Source of the DNA: Eledone cirrhosa
Taxonomy: Eukaryota
Reading direction: 5' to 3'
Assembly: GCA_964016885.1 (NCBI GenBank)
Contig: OZ024743.1
Span: 23,746,001 to 23,810,000, forward strand
Length of the DNA stretch: 64,000 nt
Position 1 is the stretch's first letter; each line of letters begins with the position of its first letter. Under the pieces are notes generated by a model. The model was not told the DNA's origin. It made no database searches and was given only the letters and a program-made list of their open reading frames with translations. Position numbers and translations under genes: made by a program. This document shows, in pieces, positions 12,997-24,869 of the stretch.

Positions 12997-13794
12997 TTAT
13001 ATGTGTGGTATATTTTCCATGCTTACATTGGTTAGATGGGTTGTCACATTTTGTCGTTAGCCAAGTCAGATGACCACGTCTCACTCATTCGATCTGCCTT
13101 TGGCATGGTCTCCTATGACTGGATGCCCCTCCTAATACACACACTCACACACGTTAAAACAGTTGTGCTATATGTTGTTTTCAATGTGAACTAAAGTAGA
13201 GCTTAATTTGGGGGATAATACCCTTTGAGGAAGACAAAGAAAGATGTTATTTATATAGTTGAATTATGTAGTCTTTTCTCTTGTGTCCCTTTCCTTCATT
13301 CTCTAATAACACATAATACACACATACACTACTTCAGTTATTTTAAGTCTGGTAATAGTTTGCTCTTGTGTATGGGCTATAATTAGCAGAAGGGATTAAA
13401 CAGATTAAAGTGATTTCATGTCCATTTAAAATTTCATGAATTAAGTATTTGACCTACCTCCACCCATTATTTTTCTTCCTTACAGCAATGAATGGGAGAT
13501 GACTATAGTATTTGTTTTATTTTATTTATTTTTTAACCCAGGTAACAAACAATAATAAAGAGTTCACAGAGAAGGGTGGACCCCTAAAAACAGTAATCCT
13601 ATAGTCATAATAGTTTCACCAAGTTGATACAATAATAGCCTAGAGCTTCTCTTGTCTTAAGCTTCCTAGGGTTTATTCTTACTATCTTTTCATAACTAGA
13701 TTCTCGTAAATGAAGTTCTTACTATGTCTCCATCCACCACCATCACTATCACCACCACTACCATCATCATCACTATTCTACAAATATGTTGTTG

Positions 13795-14010
13795 AGCAAA
13801 TGAGGGAAGCTCCTCTATATGCTTCCTGACCTGCTAGAAATAGCAGCCAAATTTAACTCAGATTATACCCTAACAGCTGAAATAAAGAAAATATAATTTA
13901 GAGGTATGTAGTCCTATGTACCTCTAAAATGACAAGAACATCACAGTTAGAATATCTTTGATCATAGGTCTGCTCAATCAGAATTAACCTGGGGCTAAAC
14001 ACCAACAACA
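13795..14010 (+). mobile_element. SINE-like family C with (AAC)n tail
   Basis: gacctgctagaaatagcagccaaat...tttgatcataggtctgctc...ggggctaaacaccaacaaca, recurring near 16022, 20200, 20810 and 21375. Confidence 0.65.
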
Positions 14011-14152
14011 TACAAAATGTTGTGCTGCTGTTATTGTAGACATTGGTTGTCATAGTAGTAGTATTTTATTCTGTGAAAACCCTGTTCTTTCTATTCAACT
14101 GTTTAGTTTGTAGGTTTTCTTTACACAGGAAATACCAAAGTTGAAAGTTCAG

Positions 14153-14356
14153 TTAACCCTTTAGCATTTACATTACGCTGTATATACTATTATATTTTCA
14201 CGGTAAAGGCTTTACCTCACATAATATCGAATCTATGAAGTTTTGATATTATTTATTTTGAGAACAATACTCTAACATAAGTATAAGTAGCCAGTTTGAA
14301 CAGGAAGATTAGAGAATGCTGGCCGGATATGGGCAGTTTAAATGCTAAAGGGTTAA
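14153..14356 (-). mobile_element. piggyBac-type MITE family 1, copy 4
   Basis: Perfect TTAA-CCCTTTAGCATTTA...TAAATGCTAAAGGG-TTAA. Confidence 0.9.
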
Positions 14357-14794
14357 CAAATGAAATATAAACTGTCCAGAGATAGTGGTCACAGAACAAA
14401 ACAACCAAGAAGTTGAAGCTTGGTATACCCTGAATGCTTCACCTTTGGGTTACTTGCTACTCTTAATTGCCATATTCCATGCCATACCCTACAACTAATG
14501 ATGGTAGCTGAAGGGTGACATAACACCAATATTTGTGTAATGTTATTGATATATTGAGCCTGTCAATTCAAGTCTACTTATACTTACTACAGCAGTAAAA
14601 AGACAGTAATATCAGGACAATAATTCATATTTTCTTCCATGTATGTGGTATGGGTTGGTGTCTGTGTGTACTGCTCTGGAATTTTAGGATATAAAACATT
14701 TATTACATTATTGGTTTGTTATATCTGTTTACCTTTTACATATATATAACCCTTGCAAGTAAGGAAAAGCGAACATAAAATGATGATATATATA

Positions 14795-14940
14795 TCATCA
14801 CCGTTTTACGTCAATTTTTCCATGCTAGCATGGGTTAGACGAGTTGTCCTGTTGTGGGCAATGATAGGTCAAGTGACCATGTCTTGCTCAAACAGAACTG
14901 ATTTGGGCTTGTTTTCTACAGCTGGATGCCATTCCTAACA
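14795..14940 (-). mobile_element. RTE-associated SINE/LINE 3' tail fragment
   Basis: Homologous to 32971-33130. Confidence 0.75.
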
Positions 14941-15799
14941 CTTTTTATATGGGTTTACTGTTTTTTTGTCTGTCAATCTTCATTATATTTAAATTTCTAT
15001 TATAACCTTCAATTGTTTTCAGGTGCCATAATTCTCTAGATTTGTCTAACTCTTACTATGAAATCCTTGAGTGGTACATTCTTCACTAGGAAGAGGCTTA
15101 ATATTCATAACCATCCTTCTATCTCATTTCCTCTCTAGTATGCTCTCTATCTATCTTGCATATTTGCCTGATTAGCAAGCACTCCTGTGACAGGACAGTT
15201 TCATGAAGTTGGTATTGCAGATGTTAAGTCCTTGATCCCTCATACTATATTCATAGCCTCCATGTATGCCTGAGTAACCATCATGGTGTTGGCCAACATG
15301 TCCATGAAAATCCCCAGTTATGAAAACTAAGTTACTGTCAACAAGTCTTCATAGTAACAGTCCCTTTGCTCACCTCTTAGTCCTAACTGTAGTGAATATT
15401 CAGAGATAATTGTTGCTGTCATGTCCACAAATAATCTAAGCTTAGTTCTTAAACATAAAACAATGCCATAAAAGATACTCCATGATGGGTATAAAGACTG
15501 TCATAGTGTCTGCAAGGCTAATTTTTGCTTTAGCAAGGAAAATGGCCTTTAAACACTTGTACTTGGGTAGGATGAAATTATTTCCTGAAATAGAAAACTA
15601 AAAAAAAATACATCCAATTGCAATATTTCACCATTTAATTCAAGCTGCTAAATTATACTTCCACCACTAAGTAGGGTCTAATTTGGAACATATGTTCCTG
15701 TAAGTTTGTTTCTTAGTTTTAGTTTGTGTAAATATATTATTCCATTATTAACCTTTTCATAACTGTATTTATAATGAAATGCATTGCTTATGTTTCAAT

Positions 15800-15987
15800 T
15801 TAACCCTTTAGCATTTAAACCAGCCATATCCAGCCAGAATTCTCTCACCTCTTTCTGTTCAAACTGGCTGTAACTGGCTGTTCATACTGGTTGTAACTGG
15901 CTGTTCATACTGATATTAAGTTTTGTTCTCAAAATGAATAATATGAAAATATAATAGTATATATAGAGTAATGTAAATTTTAAAGGG
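15800..15987 (+). mobile_element. piggyBac-type MITE family 1, copy 5, nested in a family 2 MITE starting near 15748
   Basis: TTAACCCTTTAGCATTTA start and the shared body. Confidence 0.8.
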
Positions 15988-16155
15988 CTTGGAGATGTAT
16001 ATCTAAATAACTCACTTATTCATTGTTGTTGTTTAGCTCTAGGTCAAATCTGATCAAACAAACTTTTGATCAAAGACATTCCATCTCTTCTTCTGGTACA
16101 TTGTATATCAAGGATTACACTATCTAACCTGTCTCTCTTTTTTTATACTGTAAAA

Positions 16156-16400
16156 CAGAGGTTCTCAAAGTGGGTGTTACCGCCCCATAGGGGTCATTCA
16201 GAAGGTCCAGGTGGCACTGGTAGAGATGATATAATAGTATATTAAATATCAAATGATAAATATATATAAATATAGTAAAATTAAAAATATATATATAATA
16301 TCTATTTATACATAGTATTTATATTATATATTATTTACAATTTGCATGTAGGCAGGTCTCTCTGGAAATAGGGTTGTGGGGTGGCCCAAAACCTCGGCTG
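16156..16400. mobile_element. hAT (Charlie/Buster-like) MITE
   Basis: Starts CAGAGGTTCTCAAA. Body is the reverse complement of the element at 60667-61284. Confidence 0.65.
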
Positions 16401-16760
16401 TAAGGCAGTAATTAGTTAGTATTTGGAAAATAATTTAACAATGTGTTCTTAAACAAATTATGATGAAAGCTTTTAATTTAAATCTAAACACTTTAAAACA
16501 TGCAGTTTTGTTTCAAAGAACCAATGGAAATCTTTAAGTTGGTATAATTAATTGGATGTATTTTCTAGTTTTATTTTTAATGAATAATTAATTAATAATT
16601 AATTAATTGGGTTCATTAATATGAAACTCTGTTAAGCCTTTTATAAATGAATCCATATATACAAATGTCTAAATGGATTACCATTTGTGTGTGTTTACAC
16701 ATTAATGGAAATGAACTTAAATGAAATGTTGTACACATGTATATTGAGGAAGTCGTATAA

Positions 16761-16949
16761 TTAACCCTTTAGCATTTACATTACTATTATATTTTCATGG
16801 TAAAGGCTTTACCTCGCATATCGAATCTGATATTTATTTTGAGAACAATACCTTAACATCAGTATGAGTGTCTGGTTACAGCCAGTTTGAACAGAAAGAG
16901 GTGAGAGAATGCTAGCCAGATATGGCTGGTTTAAATACTAAAGGGTTAA
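16761..16949 (-). mobile_element. piggyBac-type MITE family 1, copy 6
   Basis: TTAA flanks and TIRs. Confidence 0.9.
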
Positions 16950-17290
16950 GCGAAAAAAATACAAAGTACTGGCTTCTGATAGTGGAAAGTACCTAGAGCA
17001 TAAGCAGTTAATGAAGATATAAGAGGAAGTTTTGAGATCAGATCTCTTAATGTTGTGTCTCACAGTTGATACAGGAATGGTAATATGTTGTGACAGACCC
17101 ATCTAACTCAAACCAACTTGGCACAAATAATACCAAGACAAAGATAATGATTCCTTTCTTTTGTATTTTTGTGTTTCCCAAAACACCAAACTCTTATCTC
17201 ACTCAAATTTAATTTATCTTTATTAGTACTCATGCTGGTGCTACAAAAAAAGCACCTAGTCCCCCTTGCTGGTATTAGGAAAAGCATCTA

Positions 17291-17589
17291 CTCTCAGGTT
17301 TTGAATTTTCACTTCTCTCCCTCCGCTTATTAAATTTTGCTAATTATCTCCAGCGAAATTTTATTGTAAGTGATTCATATTGATGCAGTTGCTGGAGTTT
17401 CTAATAATAATTTTATTTTATATTAAAAAAAGACATTATATATGTAAAAACAAAAACATTACAAGAAATCCCATATTTACAAACACACACTATACGATTA
17501 CCAATTCCCCCTGCACACTTATAAGAATTTAATCAAATGTCCCACCTTGCCACTTATTCCAACACCCCCTATTATTTGGGACTTGAGAG
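17291..17589. mobile_element. TA-duplicating MITE (Tc1/mariner-like) inserted in an RTE-type tail repeat
   Basis: TA|CTCTCA...TGAGAG|TA. The host repeat resumes exactly across it (aagcatcta / gctgtagaaaccaagcc). Confidence 0.7.
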
Positions 17590-17845
17590 TAGCTGTAGAA
17601 ACCAAGCCAACAAGGAGCTTATAAGCAAGGCATGGTCACCTGACCTGTCTAGACTCAGAATTTGACAACCCAACCCAACTAACCCATGAAAGCATGGAAA
17701 ATAGATTCTAAACAGTGATGGGGATGATCATGATATATATAAATGTGAATCTGTGTTGACTTCTAGTAACTCATGTGCAGAGATAACTGATAGCCGAAGT
17801 GAACTGAAACTGGTTTCGAGATTAGGTAAACAACTTTTTGGATGT

Positions 17846-17976
17846 CCCTCTACTTATCTATCCATCTCCCTTTCCATATGCCCCTCTATCTATCCATCTC
17901 CCTTTCCATATGCCCCTCTATCTATCCATCTCCCTTTCCATATGCCCTTCTATCTATCTATCTCCCTCCCCATATG
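17846..17976. repeat. Minisatellite, unit about 31-32 bp, about 4 copies
   Basis: Repeats of tatctatccatctccctttccatatgcccc. Confidence 0.9.
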
Positions 17977-18283
17977 TCTATTTATCCCTATTTATTATTA
18001 CGCAATAAAGAGAAACATCATCTGCAACCTGCAGTCATTTATGTAAAATGAACACAATTATAAAAAGGATACAGAAAACTATATATGTATATATAACATA
18101 AATTTTTTAATTGCTATTGTTTTATTATTGATTTCCATTTCATTTATATGCAAAGCAAAGGAACAATAACAATTAAAAAGTTCTTCAGACCTTTCAATCA
18201 TTTAGCTTGTCTAGAGTCACACTAGGGTGCCATCCTTATGTTTCATTGAATATATCAAATAGGACTTATATTAGTCATTTACA

Positions 18284-18512
18284 TTAACCCTTTGGCATTT
18301 AAACCAGCTGTATCCGGCCATAATTCTCTCAGGTTTTTCTGTTCAAACTGGCTGTAACAGGCCACTAATACTTATGTTAAGGTATTGTTCTCTAAATAAA
18401 TAATATCAAAATCTCATAAATTCGATATTATATGAGATAATTATGTGAGTTAATGCCTTTACTGTGAAAGTACAATAGTATATATAGAGTAATGTAAATT
18501 TTAAAGGGTTAA
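18284..18512 (+). mobile_element. piggyBac-type MITE family 1, copy 7
   Basis: TTAACCCTTTGGCATTTA...TAAAGGGTTAA. Confidence 0.85.
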
Positions 18513-18958
18513 GGGACAAAAGCAATATCACACATATGAACACATATATTTAATTTGTTTTCCTAATTTCACTCACAAGGTGTTACTCAACACTACACTA
18601 CAGTAGAAGACACCTAAACAAATCTAAAACTCTTGACCTTTGGGCTTACATGTAATTAATATCTACATTCTTCTTACATAAAATATTGAGTAGCCAGTTG
18701 AATAATGGTGCTAATAATTGTTTGTCTTCTGTCATTCATATGTTGTCAAGCATATATGTGTACTGTCAAGTTCACTGTTTTCATTGTATGTATTTGAGCA
18801 AAAAAAAAGTGTGTGAATGGGAGGGAGGCATGAGAATGAGTGGGGTTAAAGAAAGAAAATATAGGGAGAAAGGAGAGCTGAAGAGAAAGAAAAATGGTGA
18901 GTTTGATGTCACGAACTAATACTGAAATGTTTCTTTTTTTCTCCTCATTCCCTTGCAG

Positions 18959-19013
18959 CTTTCTGTCTTTCACCAATCTCTTTTCAAAAAATGTTCCTTC
19001 TTTTAATAGAGAG
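18959..19013 (+). CDS. Possible 55-bp exon
   Basis: Branch-like ctaat, long polypyrimidine tract and ttgcag acceptor, donor GAG|gtaact. Open in the frame continuing from 9092 (FLSFTNLFSKNVPSFNRE). Confidence 0.3.
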
Positions 19014-20463
19014 GTAACTGGGATATAGGCATTTTTTATACAAGAATTATTCTGGAAAGCATTAGAATCTTCGACATTTGGTAGGGATATATTGATAAAT
19101 TGTGACACTGTTTCAATATACTTTTGCTCTACTAATATATTATTGTGTGTGTAAATTGCTTTCAGTGGTCTAATTTCCTTTTGTCTTGGCACCAGTTTAT
19201 GGAACTGCATTTTGTTCTCATGGGAATTGGTGAAACTTTGTGCAACTGAGAGGGCTCAGAATAAATATGGGTGTTAGCATGTTATTAGACTTAGGTCATT
19301 AACTAATTAAAGTTCTAAGTATAATTATTGTAATTTAAGTGACTTAAAGTTAACACTACATGGTGATAGCAATAACAGTAGCAGTGATTGTGATGATGAA
19401 AGTTTATAAGGTTATCTTGGTTGTGTTTGAGGTGTTGGTGGCGGCTGTTTTAAGAAGAGAATTATGGTAGTGGCTATATCAGTGAAATGGGTGTGTTAGT
19501 GTGTAAGGGTGACTATCATAGCTAGTTTGGTATTGGGCTGGGCAGCTGTGGAGGAGAGAAGAGTTTAGTTAGTAGGATAGGGATGTAAAGATAGTTAAAG
19601 TGATGTACATAAAGCTAAGAGCTAGCTGGTGGCTATGTTGAGGTGTTACCTGTGTTAGCAGCATTGACAATTGAAAGGATACATGAGGCTAGTGGCTGTG
19701 TTGGTAGTGATAGTTAAGATATTGCAACATAAACAGAAGTATACAATAATGAAGGCATTTTAAAAAAAAAAAAAGGATTGAAATGAAAAAAAGGAGGTGG
19801 GAGGCAAATTCCACACCCTTGGGTGGTCAGTATATCTCAGGTGAAGCTTGCAGATGAGTTGATGAAAGCATTGCTGCAGAGAACAGACAGCAATACCCAC
19901 TGCATCACCTATTCCACCCAGGGCTCCTTCCATAGACAGGATGAACCCCTTCCAATTTTGTGGAAGAAAATGTCAGTCCAGGGACCAAGAACACTGGAGA
20001 TCTTGATGGCAACTGTTACAAAAAGGAAGCAGTTGGTCAAATCCCAGTATTTGTATTTGGTCGCTATCTTCTGTTTCTCTGTATTACCAGTGGCAGTGCC
20101 TGGGTTTGTGCAATGCGTTATAATATTGTTGGTGTGGTGTTGGTGCTAACTTCTATAAAGCCAAAAGGCTACAATGAAGAATACAGTTCTTGATATACAG
20201 AAGGATAGGATGGTCACACTTGAAAATGTCTTTGATCATAGATGTACTTGATCAGAGCTGATTTGGAAGCTCAACAACTGATGTGGCACATAGAGAACCA
20301 AGTGGAGATTTGGAGTAACATTTTTGTTACTGTATTAAATACTTTGTAGTTTATTAATTAATGAAGAATTAGGGAAGGATTCACTAAAATTATTATTTCA
20401 TTAAGATAGTATTTGTAATATAACAAAAGGTTCTTATATAAAATTATGTTGGTAGGTTTTAAT

Positions 20464-20647
20464 TTAATCCTTTAGCATTTACATTACTCTGTATTTACTT
20501 TTATATTTTCATGGAAACCACTTTATCTCTCATTATTATCTCACATAATATCGAATCTACGAGATTTTGATATTTATTTTGAGAACAATACTTAACATAA
20601 GTATGAGTAGCTGGTTTGATATGGCTGAATATGACCAGTTTAAATGA
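20464..20647 (-). mobile_element. piggyBac-type MITE family 1, copy 8, nested in a family 2 MITE (about 20320-20715)
   Basis: ttaatcctttagcatttac start and the shared body. Family 2 sequence lies on both sides. Confidence 0.75.
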
Positions 20648-20893
20648 GTGGTTTTGTTTCATAGAAACAAAGCCAGTTTGAAGCAGGTGGGACAAGTTGA
20701 TATCAAACAGGTTAAATGTATCTATTTCCTACCACCACCAAGGTCAATGTCTGGTTATAAATTTTTTAGACTGATGGTTTTTGAATTAATGTAAGAAATA
20801 CGAATTCAGCTTTGTTCTTGTTCTAATCCAATAGACCTATGATCAAAGCCATTCCAGTTGTCTTGTCGTCCATTTTATTCTTAGTATATGTGT

Positions 20894-21232
20894 GGAGGCA
20901 CATGGCTTAGTGGTTAGAGCATTGGCCTTGCAATCGAAAGGTTGTGAGTTCAATTCTCAGACCGTGTGATGTGTTGTTTCCTTGAGCAAGACACTTTATT
21001 TCACATTGCTCCAGTTTACTCAGCTGTAGAAATGAGATGATAGGGACTGGGGTCCCTATCATTCCACTGCAAAGTGGTCGTGGAGGTGTCACGGCAAAAA
21101 AGCACCCAGCACTCACTGTAAATGAGGTTGGTGTTAGGAAGGGCATCCAGCTGTAGAAATCAAGCCAGAATCAGTGCCCGTCCCACCCTTGCAAGCAAGG
21201 AAGAGCGGACGTAAAATGATGATGATGATGAT
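20894..21232 (+). mobile_element. Full-length tRNA-derived CORE-type SINE (family B) with RTE-derived 3' tail and (GAT)n end
   Basis: A box TGGCTTAGTGG, B box GAGTTCAATTC, CORE-like CCTTGAGCAAGACACTT, and a tail matching the RTE end at 60925-60980. Confidence 0.85.
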
Positions 21233-21655
21233 ATATTATCGAATGTGTTTGTTTTTTCAAGACAGTAGAGTGATTTGATAGGGATTTGGCTGACATTTCT
21301 AGCACACCAAACAAGCACGTATAAGCCCCTGTTGTGTTAACAGTGCAAAGTTTATCTGATGGTGGTGAGAGTGGCTGTTGTTGTTGTTTAGCCCCCCCCC
21401 CCCTATAACAGCTCTAATTACAGGTATTCTGTCTATGACCATACCATATTTTTAGGGAGAATCTAGTACTATATCATCTAATGTATCCATCCTGTATTAA
21501 AACAGTAATGTTTTGAAGGAGATTTGGCTGCTATTTCTAACAGGGTAAGCAACTCGTGGTTGTTTAGCCCCAGGCCAAGGACATTCCAGACCTGACCATC
21601 ACCTCTTTTGCCTATATGTAGAGTACCCATGACTGTGTTTTCCAGCTTGCCACTT

Positions 21656-21880
21656 TTTAACCTTTTTGTAACCATATTTCTAATATCACTATCAATTATT
21701 TCAAACAATTTTGAAAATAATCAAGAATTTGGAGGGATTTAGTAATATAACTCTCTTTAATCAAGCTGGGGTTTGGAACCTAGCTTACCAAAGGTTCTTA
21801 CATAAAATTATGATGAATGATATAAACACATTAAAATTTATAGCATTATATCACATAACCAGTCACAGCAGGATTAGGGT
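21656..21880. mobile_element. TTAA-type MITE family 2, degraded
   Basis: ttaacctttttgtaaccatatttct start, similar to 56514-56747. Confidence 0.55.
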
Positions 21881-22334
21881 ATGATTTGAGGGGAGTTTAC
21901 TGCTTTTTCTAACAGTTTGAGAGACCATGTCGAGGCTCCTTTGTTGGCTTCAGCAACCACTGATTGGAGGAAAGAGGTGTTAAAAACCAACTCTGTTTTC
22001 TAATCTGTATAAATAAACAAATTGATAGATATAAGTAAAATACTTGACACAATTCAGAGGGACCCTACCAGGTGGGAGTTTTCAGTAGAATATTAATACA
22101 TGACAATGACAAAGGTGATGATGTGTTTTACCATTATTATTATGTTAGGGTGGAGTTTTATGACACTTCAAATATACTGCATCTCTCCAGCACCAGTTGC
22201 TGTATATATGTATATATATGTGTTCCTCTCCCTCTCCCTCTCCTCTACCATGCATGCAGAGAGAGGTGTCTGTTTTCTTCTTCCTCTTGCAATGTGTCTG
22301 CATTTGTGTTTATTTATTCAGATCCACATAAATG

Positions 22335-22360
22335 CACACGCACACACGCACGCACGCACA

Positions 22361-22401
<41 letters not shown>
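22335..22401. repeat. (CA)n microsatellite
   Basis: Directly visible. Confidence 0.95.
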
Positions 22402-22404
<3 letters not shown>

Positions 22405-23114
22405 TCAGACAGTAAACAGAGCTCAGAACACAACTTGTGGGTGTTGCCAGTTAGAGGGTAGTTCAGTTAGTGAATGAGAAGCAGCTCTCTCTCTCTCGCT
22501 CTCTCTCTCTCATCATTATCAGATGACTCATCCTGACTACATCTATCACCCAAAAGTTAACTCCCACCTTAATACCACTTAGAGAGAGTGGTGGCATGGG
22601 TGGGCTATTTTGGGGATAAGAAGTGGGGAATTGGAGGAGGGTGGAGATTCACAAGGTGGTGAAAAAGAAAAGAAAAAAAGCGAGAAAGAGGGTGGAAAGT
22701 TTTGGATTTAGTTAGTACCAGGTTGCTAGAGATCTCATACTCGGCACCCTTACCCTTCTATCCCCATCTCTCAGCATATGTTAAAACAGTTAGTGTGTGT
22801 GTATGTGTGAAGTGGGGTGCAGTACTGGTGTGAAGAAAAGACCTTTTTACTAGGTTTATTTTTGTTCATAACACCAGGTTTGCTGGTGTGGTTGACATCA
22901 CTGCTAATCTTTCATATCTATCTGTCTGACACTCTCCTTCTCATTCATTTGCTATATATAACATATGAGAGTGTGTGTGGTAAAATGTATGGGGGGGGGG
23001 GGTTTATTTAAATAAAGTACTCATTACTTGTAGCCAAGTGTATGTGTGTGTGTGTATATTAATTTATTTAAATTAAAACTGTCACACATCATCCTTGGCT
23101 TGAGTAACTCAGAA

Positions 23115-23191
23115 ATGCAGTCTTCATATGAACTAATGAACAATCAATGTGACAATATTGGAATCCAGTGTGTAAAGGAAAGAAACTACGT
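23115..23191 (+). CDS. Possible alternative first coding exon MQSSYELMNNQCDNIGIQCVKERNYV (ends phase 2)
   Basis: ATG in an A(-3) context, open up to a GT|gtaagg donor, downstream of about 900 bp of TE-free, microsatellite-rich sequence. Confidence 0.3.
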
Positions 23192-23477
23192 GTAAGGTAT
23201 TTAATAATAGGGGTCTATATGAAGGCATATATATGTTTATATCTAATAAACATATATGCAAAAAGTATATAAGCTATAGCTTATTTTAATCTCAGTACCT
23301 AGTGGGTAAATATCACTGATTATGGGTTTAAAAATCCTGAAACACTTGTGTCTGACATTTTCACACATTTATTGAGATAACTGACAAGATCGATCAGAAC
23401 TTAAAATTCTCATTGCAGGATTTTTATATATATGTATATATAATATATATATTATATATATATATAATATATATATT

Positions 23478-23528
<51 letters not shown>

Positions 23529-23569
23529 ATATATATATATATATTATATAAAGGACGTAAAATAAGAAA

Positions 23570-23609
<40 letters not shown>

Positions 23610-23641
23610 GTTAAAAAAATTTTTTACTTACTTAAATTTTC

Positions 23642-23723
23642 ACTCCAACTAATTAGTTTCTGCAATGGGATAAAGACAGTTACGTAATCCAACTGTCGAG
23701 AATTCATTGCGTCATCAGGGAGT
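23642..23723 (-). ncRNA. Type I hammerhead ribozyme, family A copy 1
   Basis: ACUCC-CUGAUGA-C-GCAAUG...CAUUGC-A-GAAA-CUAAUUAG-UU-GGAGU. Confidence 0.8.
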
Positions 23724-24210
23724 CTATTCTCAGTTAAGTCTCCAGGCAATGCGCGGACACTGGCGGCTCATATAAAAATAATAATAATTCGGTAGATCGA
23801 ACAGCTTGCGAGGACTGGATTCTATGTACCGAAATTCTCACTGCTTCAAGTCAAATGGCCGATTCTAAAGAATCAATCACGTGACACAGAGGCTAGTTAG
23901 AAGGAATGGGATGGTAAGATGACTGACGCCTACTAACACCCCAAAAAAAATTTTTTTAGAAGTGGTTTTGACAAGTTTGCTCGACAAATCAGTGATTTGG
24001 AGATAAATATAGATAATTTAATATATCAACTAACATAAGCGCACAGATGCACGCCCATGCCAGCAAATACACAGGTTATGTCATAGTACCTAGGTGGTTC
24101 AATGCAGGAGAATGCAGAACAATAATATAAAGGACGTAAAATAAGAAAATATTTTTTTTTTTTTTTTTTTTTTTAAACGTTAAAAAAATTTTTTACTTAC
24201 TTAAATTTTC

Positions 24211-24292
24211 ACTCCAACTAATTAGTTTCTGCAATGGGATAAAGACAGTTACGTAATCCAACTGTCGAGAATTCATTGCGTCATCAGGGAGT
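24211..24292 (-). ncRNA. Type I hammerhead ribozyme, family A copy 2
   Basis: Same motif, 569 bp from copy 1. Confidence 0.8.
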
Positions 24293-24787
24293 CTATTCTC
24301 AGTTAAGTCTCCAGGCAATGCGCGGACACTGGCGGCTCATATAAAAATAATAATAATTCGGTAGATCGAACAGCTTGCGAGGACTGGATTCTATGTACCG
24401 AAATTCTCACTGCTTCAAGTCAAATGGCCGATTCTAAAGAATCCAATCACGTGACACAGAGGCTAGTTAGAAGGAATGGGATGGTAAGATGACTGACGCC
24501 TACTAACACCCCAAATCACTGATTTGTCGAGCAAACTTGTCAAAACCACTTCTAAAAAAATTTTTTTTGGGGTGTTAGTAGGCGTCAGTCATCTTACCAT
24601 CCCATTCCTTCTAACTAGCCTCTGTGTCACGTGATTGATTCTTTAGAATCGGCCATTTGACTTGAAGCAGTGAGAATTTCGGTACATAGAATCCAGTCCT
24701 CGCAAGCTGTTCGATCTACCGAATTATTATTATTTTTATATGAGCCGCCAGTGTCCGCGCATTACCTGGAGACTTAACTGAGAATAG

Positions 24788-24869
24788 ACTCCCTGATGAC
24801 GCAATGAATTCTCGACAGTTGGATTACGTAACTGTCTTTATCCCATTGCAGAAACTAATTAGTTGGAGT
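24788..24869 (+). ncRNA. Type I hammerhead ribozyme, family A copy 3
   Basis: Stem I ACTCC/GGAGT, core CTGATGA at 24793-24799, stem II GCAATG/CATTGC with an inner hairpin GACAGTT/AACTGTC, GAAA, palindromic stem III CTAATTAG. Predicted cut after GUU at 24864. Confidence 0.8.

Noticed and set aside
17846-17976. Roughly 31-bp direct repeats resembling a CRISPR array
   Set aside because: No spacers, no cas genes, eukaryotic context. It is a minisatellite.
19823-20193. 108-aa and 77-aa plus-strand ORFs
   Set aside because: No recognisable domain. Possibly an old decayed LINE on the opposite strand, which cannot be supported from sequence alone.
20894-20970. tRNA-like sequence with A and B boxes
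   Set aside because: It is a SINE head that continues into a CORE-like body and RTE tail, not a tRNA gene.
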